DNA of 64,000 nucleotides from Opitutaceae bacterium. Its GTDB lineage: Bacteria > Verrucomicrobiota > Verrucomicrobiia > Opitutales > Coraliomargaritaceae. The stretch lies in the NCBI GenBank assembly GCA_051252375.1, contig JBPOFY010000007.1:1-64000 (forward strand), given 5' to 3'. The notes below the pieces were generated by a model. That model saw only the letters and a list, made by a program, of their open reading frames with translations, was not told where the DNA came from and did not search any database. Numbering within the stretch: the stretch's first letter is position 1; every line of letters starts with the position of its first letter. Both the position numbers and the translations under genes were made by a program. Below are positions 8,546 to 18,100 of the stretch, in pieces.

Positions 8546-11293
8546 ATGAAAAATATTTGCTGCTTATTTTGTTTGATTCTTCCAGGGCTGGTCTTTGCCG
8601 CTTCGGAGCTCATGTTCGATGCTGCTGGCAAGCCGACATCGTTGGTCCTGGGTGATCGGGAGATACTCCAGTCCGGTTCTTCGCCCAGTTTTACGCTTCA
8701 TAATAGCGACAATAAGGAGGTCGTGCTCAGTGCGTTGGCGACTCGGGGAAATATAATAAAGGTATCGCATCCTAATGGGCAGCCGAGCTTCACCTTCCAA
8801 ATCGATAGTTATCCGAATCACATAGCGATCCACTTGCTGAACGCTCAGGGGATCGGCAGTGGTCATGATTATAGTCTTAGTTTAACGCTTAATTCTAAAG
8901 ACATTGCCGCGTATACGCTCAATGATCTGATGAAGGAAAATACTGGAGATCGGCGCAGGAAATATACCGAGTTGAGCTGGCCTTACCTCTGGGCATGGTC
9001 ACGTCCGAATGGAACGCACGGCAGCGTGGTGCTTTATGATAATTCGCTAGAGGGAAGTGCGCTCGATACGGTCTTGGCTGAGATCTGGTCAGCGCAGGGG
9101 ACGGCGGGGCACATGGTGCGTCCTGCCGGGCAAAATACATGGACGCCAGCTGACGTAATGTCATGGGTCGAACGCTGGGTGGCGAAGTTCGAAACGATGG
9201 TGAGTGTGTGCATTGCACCGAAGAATGAGGAAGAACTCTATGAGATGACGGAACAGCTAGTCATCCCAAATAAGGCTAACCGAGTGTATATGTTTTCCAC
9301 CATCTGGCGGGGAGAATACACCCTTTTTGAACTGGCTAACGAAAGTGTCGCAGGGGACGCCTTTCCCGAGGGGAAAAAAGACCTGCTGGAATACTCTAAC
9401 TACTTAGCCAAACATGGCGCACATTTACAGCTAAAGAGTCTGGTTCCTCAGATGGGGCGCGAAGTCGAACGCTACTTCTCAGATACCCATTGTGAAACTC
9501 GTTTACTGAGTTGGGGGTCAGGCACACTGGTGGATGCCATCGATACGAACGTCAAAACCATACGTTTTAAACCCGGTCCAAATCATATATGGGAAAGAGA
9601 TTCTGGATATTTCCGAATCGGAAACGAGCTTATCAGGGCGGATGAAATTTCGATACCGAGTGATGGTGGGGTGTGGACCTTTTCAAAATGCGAACGCGGA
9701 CAATTCGGCACCACGCCTAAATCTCATAGCGCCGGCGTTGAGATTTTCGGTGTAGTTCACTCGTATGGTTTCGTTCATTTTGCGGACGATTTCGGTCAGC
9801 CTAATAGTTTAGCTGAAGAGGTGTTAAACCCATACGGCGATTTCCTGAACGAAATCAACGTCGGTCATTTGCACTTTGACGGCACCGGTTACAAAGTTGA
9901 AGCGCCTTGGCATCTGCGTAATTACACCGACTATTTATACAGCAAGGTAGATCAGCCAGTCACAGGGAGTGTGGTGGGTGGCACTATTAAAGCTAACTTT
10001 GAAAGGATGTTCAGCGTCGCCGAACGCGCTAAGAAGGCGACGGGTTATTGGGGCATTCGGATCGGACCCCGCCTGCACGGACAAGGGCGCGGGGCAGAGA
10101 AGGCGCAAAGAAATTTCTCACCCAACATGCTGGATATGCATTTTGATATAGCGGACAGGATATTGCTTGGTGGGCGTCGACCCAATTTTACCGCGGGACG
10201 CAGCGGCGGCACACTGTCGATGGACATTATTGAAAACTACGGCCTTATGAATGAGGCCTTAGAACTCTTTGGAGACTGGATCAAGCTGGCTCCCGTTTAT
10301 GATGATGCCGATGTTGCCTACGTCGCCAGTAAGATGAAGAAGCGCAAAGGTAGTAGTCATTACGAAGGAGAGGATGTCCTGGTGCTCAGTAAGGACCACA
10401 CTGGCCGCTATATCTATACGCCTCATCGAGTCATGGGACGGACTTCAGGCGAAGATCCTCTCATCCATATCGATCAGGAGTGGGGGGCGATTCCGCGCTA
10501 CCAGAAGATTAAGACCGGCACGACGATAGAGCTACTGAATCCTTACGAAAAACAGGAGCCGCAGGTAGTGATCTTCGTTGAGGAAAAATCCCCGACCTTG
10601 AAGGATCCTATTATACGAGTGGATGGAGGCGGTCTGGCTGTGACGGGGGAGATTCAACCTAGCGAATACATGAAGTTTGCTGGAGGCGACTTGGTGACAG
10701 TTTATGATAAGAACTGGAACCTACTTCGCAACCTACCGGCAATATCCAAGTCATTCATTGTCAACAAAGGGAACAATACGGTCACAGTAGCCGATGGTAG
10801 TGGTTCAGGCACTACAGATATCAAAGTGCAGTTGATCACTCTGGGACCAGTATATGTGCTGGGGTCCAATGAGCACCTCAAAGGCAATGTAGAGGTATCT
10901 AGTGGAATTATTTATCAAGCCGAAGCGATGAAGCTTGATGGCTATCAAGTCGGCGAGAGCGCCGCGGCTGCGGGTGGGCAATGTGTTGCCACCACAGGGA
11001 ACGGCATTGCTGCACAGTTGTTTACCGGAGAAGAGGGTGTTTACAGCATCGTGGTGTATTACTTCGATGAATCCGATGGGCAGAGCTCGTATGCACTGCG
11101 TGTTGATGGGGAGATGCAAGACTCATGGGTAGCGAATGACCTTCGCGGCAGCACTCGAATTGATGCAGCCAACAGAGCCAGACGTGAAGTCCGCGGAATC
11201 ACTTTAAGGAATGGCTCATTGATTGAGATTGCCTCGACTTCCAACGGTTCGGAGTATGGATCACTCGATCAAATTGTCATTATCCGACGGTAA
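8546..11293 (+). CDS. Large secreted hypothetical protein with C-terminal CBM6/35-like module; candidate uncharacterised CAZyme
   Basis: Signal peptide MKNICCLFCLILPGLVFAA. C-terminal YQAEAMKLDGY...YFDESDG...LDQI. Directly follows the GH28 gene. Confidence 0.6.
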   Translation: MKNICCLFCLILPGLVFAASELMFDAAGKPTSLVLGDREILQSGSSPSFTLHNSDNKEVVLSALATRGNIIKVSHPNGQPSFTFQIDSYPNHIAIHLLNAQGIGSGHDYSLSLTLNSKDIAAYTLNDLMKENTGDRRRKYTELSWPYLWAWSRPNGTHGSVVLYDNSLEGSALDTVLAEIWSAQGTAGHMVRPAGQNTWTPADVMSWVERWVAKFETMVSVCIAPKNEEELYEMTEQLVIPNKANRVYMFSTIWRGEYTLFELANESVAGDAFPEGKKDLLEYSNYLAKHGAHLQLKSLVPQMGREVERYFSDTHCETRLLSWGSGTLVDAIDTNVKTIRFKPGPNHIWERDSGYFRIGNELIRADEISIPSDGGVWTFSKCERGQFGTTPKSHSAGVEIFGVVHSYGFVHFADDFGQPNSLAEEVLNPYGDFLNEINVGHLHFDGTGYKVEAPWHLRNYTDYLYSKVDQPVTGSVVGGTIKANFERMFSVAERAKKATGYWGIRIGPRLHGQGRGAEKAQRNFSPNMLDMHFDIADRILLGGRRPNFTAGRSGGTLSMDIIENYGLMNEALELFGDWIKLAPVYDDADVAYVASKMKKRKGSSHYEGEDVLVLSKDHTGRYIYTPHRVMGRTSGEDPLIHIDQEWGAIPRYQKIKTGTTIELLNPYEKQEPQVVIFVEEKSPTLKDPIIRVDGGGLAVTGEIQPSEYMKFAGGDLVTVYDKNWNLLRNLPAISKSFIVNKGNNTVTVADGSGSGTTDIKVQLITLGPVYVLGSNEHLKGNVEVSSGIIYQAEAMKLDGYQVGESAAAAGGQCVATTGNGIAAQLFTGEEGVYSIVVYYFDESDGQSSYALRVDGEMQDSWVANDLRGSTRIDAANRARREVRGITLRNGSLIEIASTSNGSEYGSLDQIVIIRR

Positions 11294-11362
11294 TTCGTAA
11301 AGATGCTGTGCTACTTTTTCTTTGGATATCTCAAACTTCTTGGAAGAACGTATTCGAGTGGA

Positions 11363-12016
11363 TTACTTAAATAGACCGATTCGATGTGCTTTATTCACGG
11401 CGGCAGGTGCGTTGATTACGTTGAGCTTTTCGTAAATTCGCCGGATGTAGGTGGCGACGCTGCCGTAGCTGATGCCGAGTTGGTCGCCAATCTCTTTCTT
11501 TACCAAACCTTGGCTAATTAACCTGAGGATCTCCAGTTCGCGATCGGAGAGTGGTTTGTCCATTTTTAGGGTGCTAGGCTGATCTTGCAGCGTATTCAAA
11601 ATATACTGCGCCACTTTACCGTCGAGTGAGGCACCTCCCGCCATAACGGTTCGGATGCCATCTTTAATCTGATTCACCGTAGAGGATTTTAAGAGATAGC
11701 CGGATGCGCCTTCGCGTATAGCTCGGAGCACGTCGGACTCGGCGTCGGACTGGGTTAAGATGATGGTTTTGGTGTGGGGGTGTAGTGCCTCTATTTCTGA
11801 GACCGCTTCGTGGCCGCTCATTCCTGGCAGGTTGAGGTCGAGCAGAATGATGTCGGGTGAATGCTCGACTTCGCTTAGATGTCGAAGGGCTATTTCTGCA
11901 GCGCCGAACATGCCGACGATTTCCATTTCCGCCTCATCGGCGATGGCCATTTCTAGCACATTGCGGTATTTGGGGTGATCTTCGATCACAATTACTGTTA
12001 TGGGCTTTTTCATCAT
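11363..12016 (-). CDS. NarL/FixJ family DNA-binding response regulator (RR1)
   Basis: Receiver motifs IEDH, DIILLDLNLPGMSG, GASGYLLK. LuxR HTH LSDRELEILRLISQG...IYEKL. Confidence 0.96.
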   Translation of the reverse strand: MMKKPITVIVIEDHPKYRNVLEMAIADEAEMEIVGMFGAAEIALRHLSEVEHSPDIILLDLNLPGMSGHEAVSEIEALHPHTKTIILTQSDAESDVLRAIREGASGYLLKSSTVNQIKDGIRTVMAGGASLDGKVAQYILNTLQDQPSTLKMDKPLSDRELEILRLISQGLVKKEIGDQLGISYGSVATYIRRIYEKLNVINAPAAVNKAHRIGLFK

Positions 12017-14028
12017 TACTTGACTATGGTTGAAAAGAAAGAGTGGCGTAGTGTCAGGTGAATTTTTGTGCCGCCAAGTCCCGATTCTTCTAGCTGAACC
12101 TTGGCGCCTAGGAGTTTTGCTCTGCGTTTGAGCGAATTAGGAACCCAGTTTTTTGCGGACTCGGATATCCCTTGGCCGTTGTCACTTACGGTGAGGTCGA
12201 TCTTTTGGCGACTAGCGCTCAGGCGTGTTCGCAGGCGTGTCGCATCCGAGTGTCGGCATACGTTGACTAAGCATTCTTTGTAGAAACGGAGTAGATCGGA
12301 ATGGGTGCTGGACTTCAGACTGTCTAGATATTGGGAGCCCTCGATAAAGATTTCATGCTCTAGGTGCGTGACGGTGCGTTCGGCGGTTCGACGCATCATC
12401 GCCTCGAGTCCCTCTTTGCTGTTACCGTTGAGTAGTTGATTTATATTGCGGACGGAGTGACCGCTTTCTTCGGTATTACTGCGTATATGCTGCAGCAGCT
12501 TGCTCAATTTTTCTGGATCCGTGCGGGCGTCTTCTGCGAGGTCACTCAGTAACCCAATCGTGTGTAGATCTGCTCCGATCTCATCGTGCAGGTCGGCGGC
12601 AAACCGCTCTTTGAGCAGCGCTTCTCTGCGCATGGATAGGTTACGCTCGATGAGAAAGGCAAATATAATGCCGATCGCCAGTAGGCCGGTTGTCCAACTT
12701 AGGATACGTATATTCGTTTTTTGTTTCGCATAGCGGAGGCTTAGCTCTGCGGCGATGACGGGGCGCTCCGACTCTAGGTCCGCACGATAGGCCAATTGCT
12801 GAATCCATTCACGGTAGGGGATGATTGATCCAAAGTGATTTTCCCCATCGGTTAGAGCCAATGTTCTGTTGTTTCTACGGATAATGTTTGAGCTGACTTT
12901 GAACAGTCCATTCAAGGCGACATTTTCATCATTGGAGAAGATTTCGATCTCTGCAAAGCCGACACAACTGAAACGTATGTTTGCTTCGGGGGCCTTGTAT
13001 CCTTCAACAACCCTAAGTCGAATATATCGGCATGTGGCTTCAGGGAATTGCTTGATGGTAATCGGCCCCGCTTCATAAATGTTGTTCCGTTTATATGAGC
13101 AAAGATCGACCGCATCCGAAAAATCCGCTCGCTGGGCGCCTTGCACCACAAACTGCTTTGGAAAGGCATAATCGGCATGCTGGATTTTGGGCACGTTCTC
13201 GTTTATGTCCGCTGCATGCAACTGTAGGCGATTGATCGGATGGGGTTGGCCGAGATCGATCGTGAAATCGAGCAGATCTTGTTCGGTCTCATAAAACGCA
13301 ACATAGGACTGACTATTCTCGCCCTGAACATCCATCAAGTAGGGAGTGAATCCATCGACGATACTCCGTTTCACATGTGCTCTACTGAGGAGCGAGCTTC
13401 TGTAAGAAGATGCTTTGACCTCAGCGTCGATGGAGACGATCTGCTGTCCGTTAAAAACGAGCAACTCCCCGATTTGTATACCGTATAGGCCATTCGAGAC
13501 TGATTTTGTGGCTTCGCTGACTTCAACGCGAACCCACGATGCTTGGATGGGCTCAATTGGAAATACGAAGGGGGCAACTCTGGAGGTAGCCTGCTCCTGC
13601 GAGTCGAAGGAGGCGACAACGTGTCCCACCGTATCCCCAAGGGTGCCCGCTCGAATCTGAAATTTACTTGGAAATCCGTCGGGTAAAATACCTTGGTCGG
13701 CATCGTGCCATAGGACTGGGGCGAGAGCGATCATATCGATTCGCGTTTCCTTGTGCAGTTGAATATCGACCCATTGCTGTTGTTGGCTGCTTTTCTCTTG
13801 CTTAGAAAGCCAGCCTAGATTGCCCACACCCTGTCGAAATGTCAGCTTCGCCAGCTTGCTTCGCTCCGCGTCGATGGCAGCTAGACGCATTTCGAGCTGT
13901 TCTAAGCTCTGCTGCTCAAGCGCATCGACCGATGCTGCCGCATCTGCACACACAGTGGCTAAAAAGCCTAGGCAGAACAGAAGGGGCTGGGGGAGTTTTT
14001 TGAGATGCTTATTTATAAGGGGGAGCAT
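12016..14028 (-). CDS. HisKA_3 sensor histidine kinase with periplasmic tandem discoidin (F5/8-like) domains (HK1)
   Basis: Signal peptide and IDLG / RYIRL / FAEIEIF...NVAL discoidin motifs. One transmembrane helix, RFAADLHDEIG, NVCRHS, DNGQG. Stop codon overlaps the RR1 start. Confidence 0.92.
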   Translation of the reverse strand: MLPLINKHLKKLPQPLLFCLGFLATVCADAAASVDALEQQSLEQLEMRLAAIDAERSKLAKLTFRQGVGNLGWLSKQEKSSQQQQWVDIQLHKETRIDMIALAPVLWHDADQGILPDGFPSKFQIRAGTLGDTVGHVVASFDSQEQATSRVAPFVFPIEPIQASWVRVEVSEATKSVSNGLYGIQIGELLVFNGQQIVSIDAEVKASSYRSSLLSRAHVKRSIVDGFTPYLMDVQGENSQSYVAFYETEQDLLDFTIDLGQPHPINRLQLHAADINENVPKIQHADYAFPKQFVVQGAQRADFSDAVDLCSYKRNNIYEAGPITIKQFPEATCRYIRLRVVEGYKAPEANIRFSCVGFAEIEIFSNDENVALNGLFKVSSNIIRRNNRTLALTDGENHFGSIIPYREWIQQLAYRADLESERPVIAAELSLRYAKQKTNIRILSWTTGLLAIGIIFAFLIERNLSMRREALLKERFAADLHDEIGADLHTIGLLSDLAEDARTDPEKLSKLLQHIRSNTEESGHSVRNINQLLNGNSKEGLEAMMRRTAERTVTHLEHEIFIEGSQYLDSLKSSTHSDLLRFYKECLVNVCRHSDATRLRTRLSASRQKIDLTVSDNGQGISESAKNWVPNSLKRRAKLLGAKVQLEESGLGGTKIHLTLRHSFFSTIVK

Positions 14029-14050
14029 ACTTCAAATTGAGGCGTTTGTC

Positions 14051-14098
14051 TGTCCACAGTTTGGTGGACTATACAGAATGCGAGTAAGTGTGTAGTAT
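14051..14098 (+). promoter_or_regulatory. Palindromic box (family C) plus -10
   Basis: TGTCCAC-AGTTTG-GTGGACT at 14051-14070 and TAGTAT at 14093, in the divergent HK1/PEP-CTERM gap. Confidence 0.72.
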
Positions 14099-14162
14099 AT
14101 TAAGTTATAGATTAAAAGACTATCTAGCTCAACTCCCTCAAGAATTCAATAATTGCACGATT

Positions 14163-14969
14163 ATGTTAAAATATACCCTTCCATTATTTGCTTCACTCTT
14201 AGCGACTACCTCTTCGCAAGCGATAGTAACCGTTATCGGAGATGCTGCTGCTGACTATGTAGCTCATGCTGGCTCAACAACTGGTGTAATCACAACGCTC
14301 CCAACCGGCTGGAGCTATTTCGGTTCGAATGCGGCTAGTGGCGGCACTGAAGCTGCGTTGACCGCGGGGCAAGTCGGTAATCAGGGATCTGCTTACCAAG
14401 GTTGGGATGGTGTCTCCAACAATAACGTAGCCGCTGTATATGGGACGAACACCGCAGAATCAGCCGAGTTCGAAATTTTCTCGAATGGCGAAGGCAACGC
14501 TGCTGTTGTCGGTACTGATCTCCTGATGCATCCTGGTGGACCTGGTGCTGCCGACGAATTCACCATCGTCCGCTTCACTGTCGGAGATGACACCAATTTT
14601 ACTGCTGGCACTGGTGCGATTACTGGGAGCTTCCGCGAAGGTATCATCGGTGGCGGCGCTTCCGCCCAATCCATCGTTGCTTCCGTATACCTGAACACAA
14701 CCGAACTCTTCACTGTAACTGGCGGCACAACTGCACAAGGCACTCCTAGTCAATTGACGCAAGCAGCCGGCACCTTCAATCTGACTGGCCTGACATTCGT
14801 TACCGGTGACCTCATCAGCTTCGTGATTGGTGCTAATGGTAACAACGGTGCGGATGAATCCGCACTGCAGTCGTCGATCAGTGTGAATGTCGTCCCAGAA
14901 CCATCCTCTTATGCGCTACTCGCTGGCTGCCTCGCACTCGGTGCGGTTATGGTTCGCCGCAGAAAGTAG
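14163..14969 (+). CDS. PEP-CTERM sorting-domain surface protein consisting of a single unnamed domain
   Basis: Signal peptide from ATG 14163. C-terminus VPEPSSYALLAGCLALGAVMVRRRK. Confidence 0.93.
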   Translation: MLKYTLPLFASLLATTSSQAIVTVIGDAAADYVAHAGSTTGVITTLPTGWSYFGSNAASGGTEAALTAGQVGNQGSAYQGWDGVSNNNVAAVYGTNTAESAEFEIFSNGEGNAAVVGTDLLMHPGGPGAADEFTIVRFTVGDDTNFTAGTGAITGSFREGIIGGGASAQSIVASVYLNTTELFTVTGGTTAQGTPSQLTQAAGTFNLTGLTFVTGDLISFVIGANGNNGADESALQSSISVNVVPEPSSYALLAGCLALGAVMVRRRK

Positions 14970-15015
14970 GCAGGGCTCAAGCGATTTAATTCGTTACATT
15001 ATATTTATTAGAGCT

Positions 15016-15050
15016 GAGCCTGGCCGCAACTATTGCGACCAGGCTCTTTT
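15016..15050 (+). terminator. Rho-independent terminator
   Basis: GAGCCTGGCCGCAA-CTA-TTGCGACCAGGCTC followed by TTTT. Confidence 0.75.
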
Positions 15051-15177
15051 GTGTTTATACTATAGTGTCCCCAGTTTCCTTCCCCTGATTACCCTCCTTA
15101 TGAAATTGCCTGCCTGCTTTGTTAATACCCTCCATCAGCAAATTGACTGCTTCAAATCCACCTTCCCTCAGTTCGAT

Positions 15178-18100
15178 ATGAAACCCAAGTTCTTTTCATG
15201 TATTTCGGCTTTGTGCCTTCTCGCCATCCCATCAAACGCAGCGACGATTGACTGGACCAAGGCAGACATCAACGACATCAACGACGTGGTGACGACGGGG
15301 ACGCTTGTGGAGGCCCAGAACCATGCTGGAACCGGCGCAAATGACCCGGTTGCCGTCGCGGGGATTGACTTCGTTAAGACGACAGTTCCGCTCACAAATA
15401 GCAACGATGACGATTTCTTTGCCTATGATACCGGAGACGCGGACTACAACGAGCTTTTGGGCGATGTCGATTTTGGCCCTAACGGTCAACCTTCACTGAC
15501 GCTCACCTTCACCGGTCTGACGAGTGGGGGCCAGTATCTTTTTCAGGTGTGGTATGCAGACGACGGTGGCTTTGGCATTGGGCGCACGATGACCCTGACT
15601 GGTAATGGAGACAATGCGCTTGAGGGCAATGAGTATGGAATTGGGACATTCACCGCAGATGCAACGAGTCAGGATTTGGTGATTACCTCGAGCGTAAATG
15701 GGGTGCGATTGAATGCCGTTCAGCTTCGTGAAATTTCCTTGCCGCCAACGGGACCAGTCACCGTGGCGGATGCCGCAGACGACTATGTCGCTCATATTCC
15801 TGATGCATCGACTGGCACTCATACGCCTCCAGCCGGTTGGCGCTACTACACCACGACAACAGGAGCGTTAGACGCCGGGTCCTTCGACTTTGTGACGGGA
15901 GGGGATGACCTTGACCCCCCTTCAGGTTCAAGTTCAGGCAACGCCGGCAATGAGGGTTTTGAAGGAGGTAATAACTCCAACATTATGGGCACCCAGACCA
16001 ATGGTGGTGGAGATTTTCAAGTTTTTACCGACGGATATGCTGGAGGAACTGGTAACCCTGGCAACCAATCTGTGGTCGGAGACGACCTTCTTTTTGTCCC
16101 AGGTAGCGATGTAGCAAATCGTGCGGTCGTTGCAAGTTACACTGTTTCGGCTGCAGACGCTTTGAATGGAACGGCAGGAAACATCAGCGGAAGTTTCCGC
16201 GAATTGGCAGGGGTTGGTCCGACTGGAAGCCCGAATGCTAACCAAGCAGGTTCTGTGACCGTTTCAGTCTATCTCAACAATACTTCAATTTTCAGCGCTG
16301 TCGGTGGCACAACCGGTAATGAAGGTCAGCTTCTTCAGGCTGCTGGAACATTCGATATTGATGCGACTATTGTTGAAGGTGATGTCATTAGTTTCATTGT
16401 TGATGCTCAAGGAACGGGTGCCAACACGAGTAACGGCGGCGATGAGACTGCTCTTCAGGCGGCTATCGAAGTTTCGGCGTCTGTAACTCTGCCTTCGGTG
16501 AAAAATGATTTTTTCAATGTAGTGAGAGGGTCTACGACAGATCTAGATGTATTGGCAAATGATGTAGTCACCGGCCTCGACCTGAGCACTTTGAGTGTCA
16601 GCACTGCGCCTTTGAACGGCTCTGCTACCGTGCAACTCGACGACACGATTCAGTATGTGCATACCGGCGGCCCTGTGGGCTTTGATAGCTTTGAGTATTC
16701 GGTGGATAATGTAGCTGGCGATACTACCTATACTGGAGTGGTGGAGCTATTTAAAAACTCCAACAGCAGTCTGACGCTTCCTGATGAGGCACCCAGTGGC
16801 GGATGGCAGTTTCCCAATGCTTTCCCAGCGCTCGCAGATTTCGATGACGCGACCTGCCTGGAGCATGTTGCTGGATATCCGCAAACCCTTGCGATCGCGG
16901 AACGGGGAGGGCGGATTCAATTGATACCTGATGTGACGGCAGTCACGCCCACCAAGACCTTGTTTCTGAATATTTCGAGTCAGACTAAGACACAGACCTA
17001 TTGCGGCTTGCGCGGGGTGGCGTTCCACCCGGATTTTGACACCAACCGCTACTTCTACGTCGGCTACGATTACGACAATGGCAGTAACGACATGATTCGA
17101 GTATCGCGTTTCACCGCAAATGCTTCAGATCTGAACGAGGTCAACACGGCCACTGAGCTGGTCCTGTTTGAGAATCCCACGGATCAGAGTATTCACCGCA
17201 TCAATCGCATGATTTTCGGCCCAGACGGGTATCTTTATATTGCGGTAGGCGATGACGGGAACTTCGACGGCCCTGCGCATACGCAGCGCATCGACGATGG
17301 ATTTTGGTCGTCCGTATTACGTATCGATGTGGATAAGAATCCAAGCAATTACGAGCCGGCGAATACGGACGGTGTCAATCTAGACGGGATGGGGAATGCA
17401 TATTACTCTGTGCCTGCAGACAACCCGTTTATCGACAGTGGCTTTACGGATGGTCGTGGTGTCACCACATTGAATGGCCAGCCGACGCCGACGGGTGACC
17501 CATATGAAGTTCGGACGGAGATGTATGCCATTGGGTTCAGAAATCCGTGGAAAATTGGGTTTGTGCCCGTAACAGGAGAACTTTGGGTGGCCGACGCTGG
17601 TCACGCGAGCTATGAGAAGTTTTGCATCATGCCCAGCGGCGGGAATGCCGGTTGGGGCCACTTTGAGGGAACGGATCCCGGAGTGCTGCAGTTGGGAACC
17701 ACCCAATATCCGGGGCCCTTGTCTGATCCTCCCAGCACAGGGACCTACATTCAGCCCGTCATGGAGTATAACAAGCCGGGCAGTTCGGCTACCGGAGGTG
17801 TGAAGTCTATTATTGGTGGAACATTCTATGAAGCTCCCGATATCGCGGAGCTTACTGGGGCCTATGTCTTTGCGGATTCGACTAGCGGCGACATGTGGTA
17901 TCTGAAACGTCCCAACAACGCTGCCTACCAGAGCGTCGGGCGCGTTGCAGTCGGGGCTGACTGGGGGCTGGATGAGACTGGGATGGTCACCGCAGCTATG
18001 CCTGGGTCCTCTGGATTTGAGACGAAGTCCTATGGGGTCAGCGAAATCGAATGGATTGGAAACGACGGCTTGTTTATTGTCGCCATGGTGACCGACCCCT

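Noticed and set aside
14887..15177. N-terminal extension of the 1671-aa ORF overlapping the PEP-CTERM gene
   Set aside because: It spans a terminator, and the signal peptide begins at ATG 15178. Similar over-long starts were trimmed for the ORFs at 3153, 14088, 19984, 27138, 29407 and 61786.
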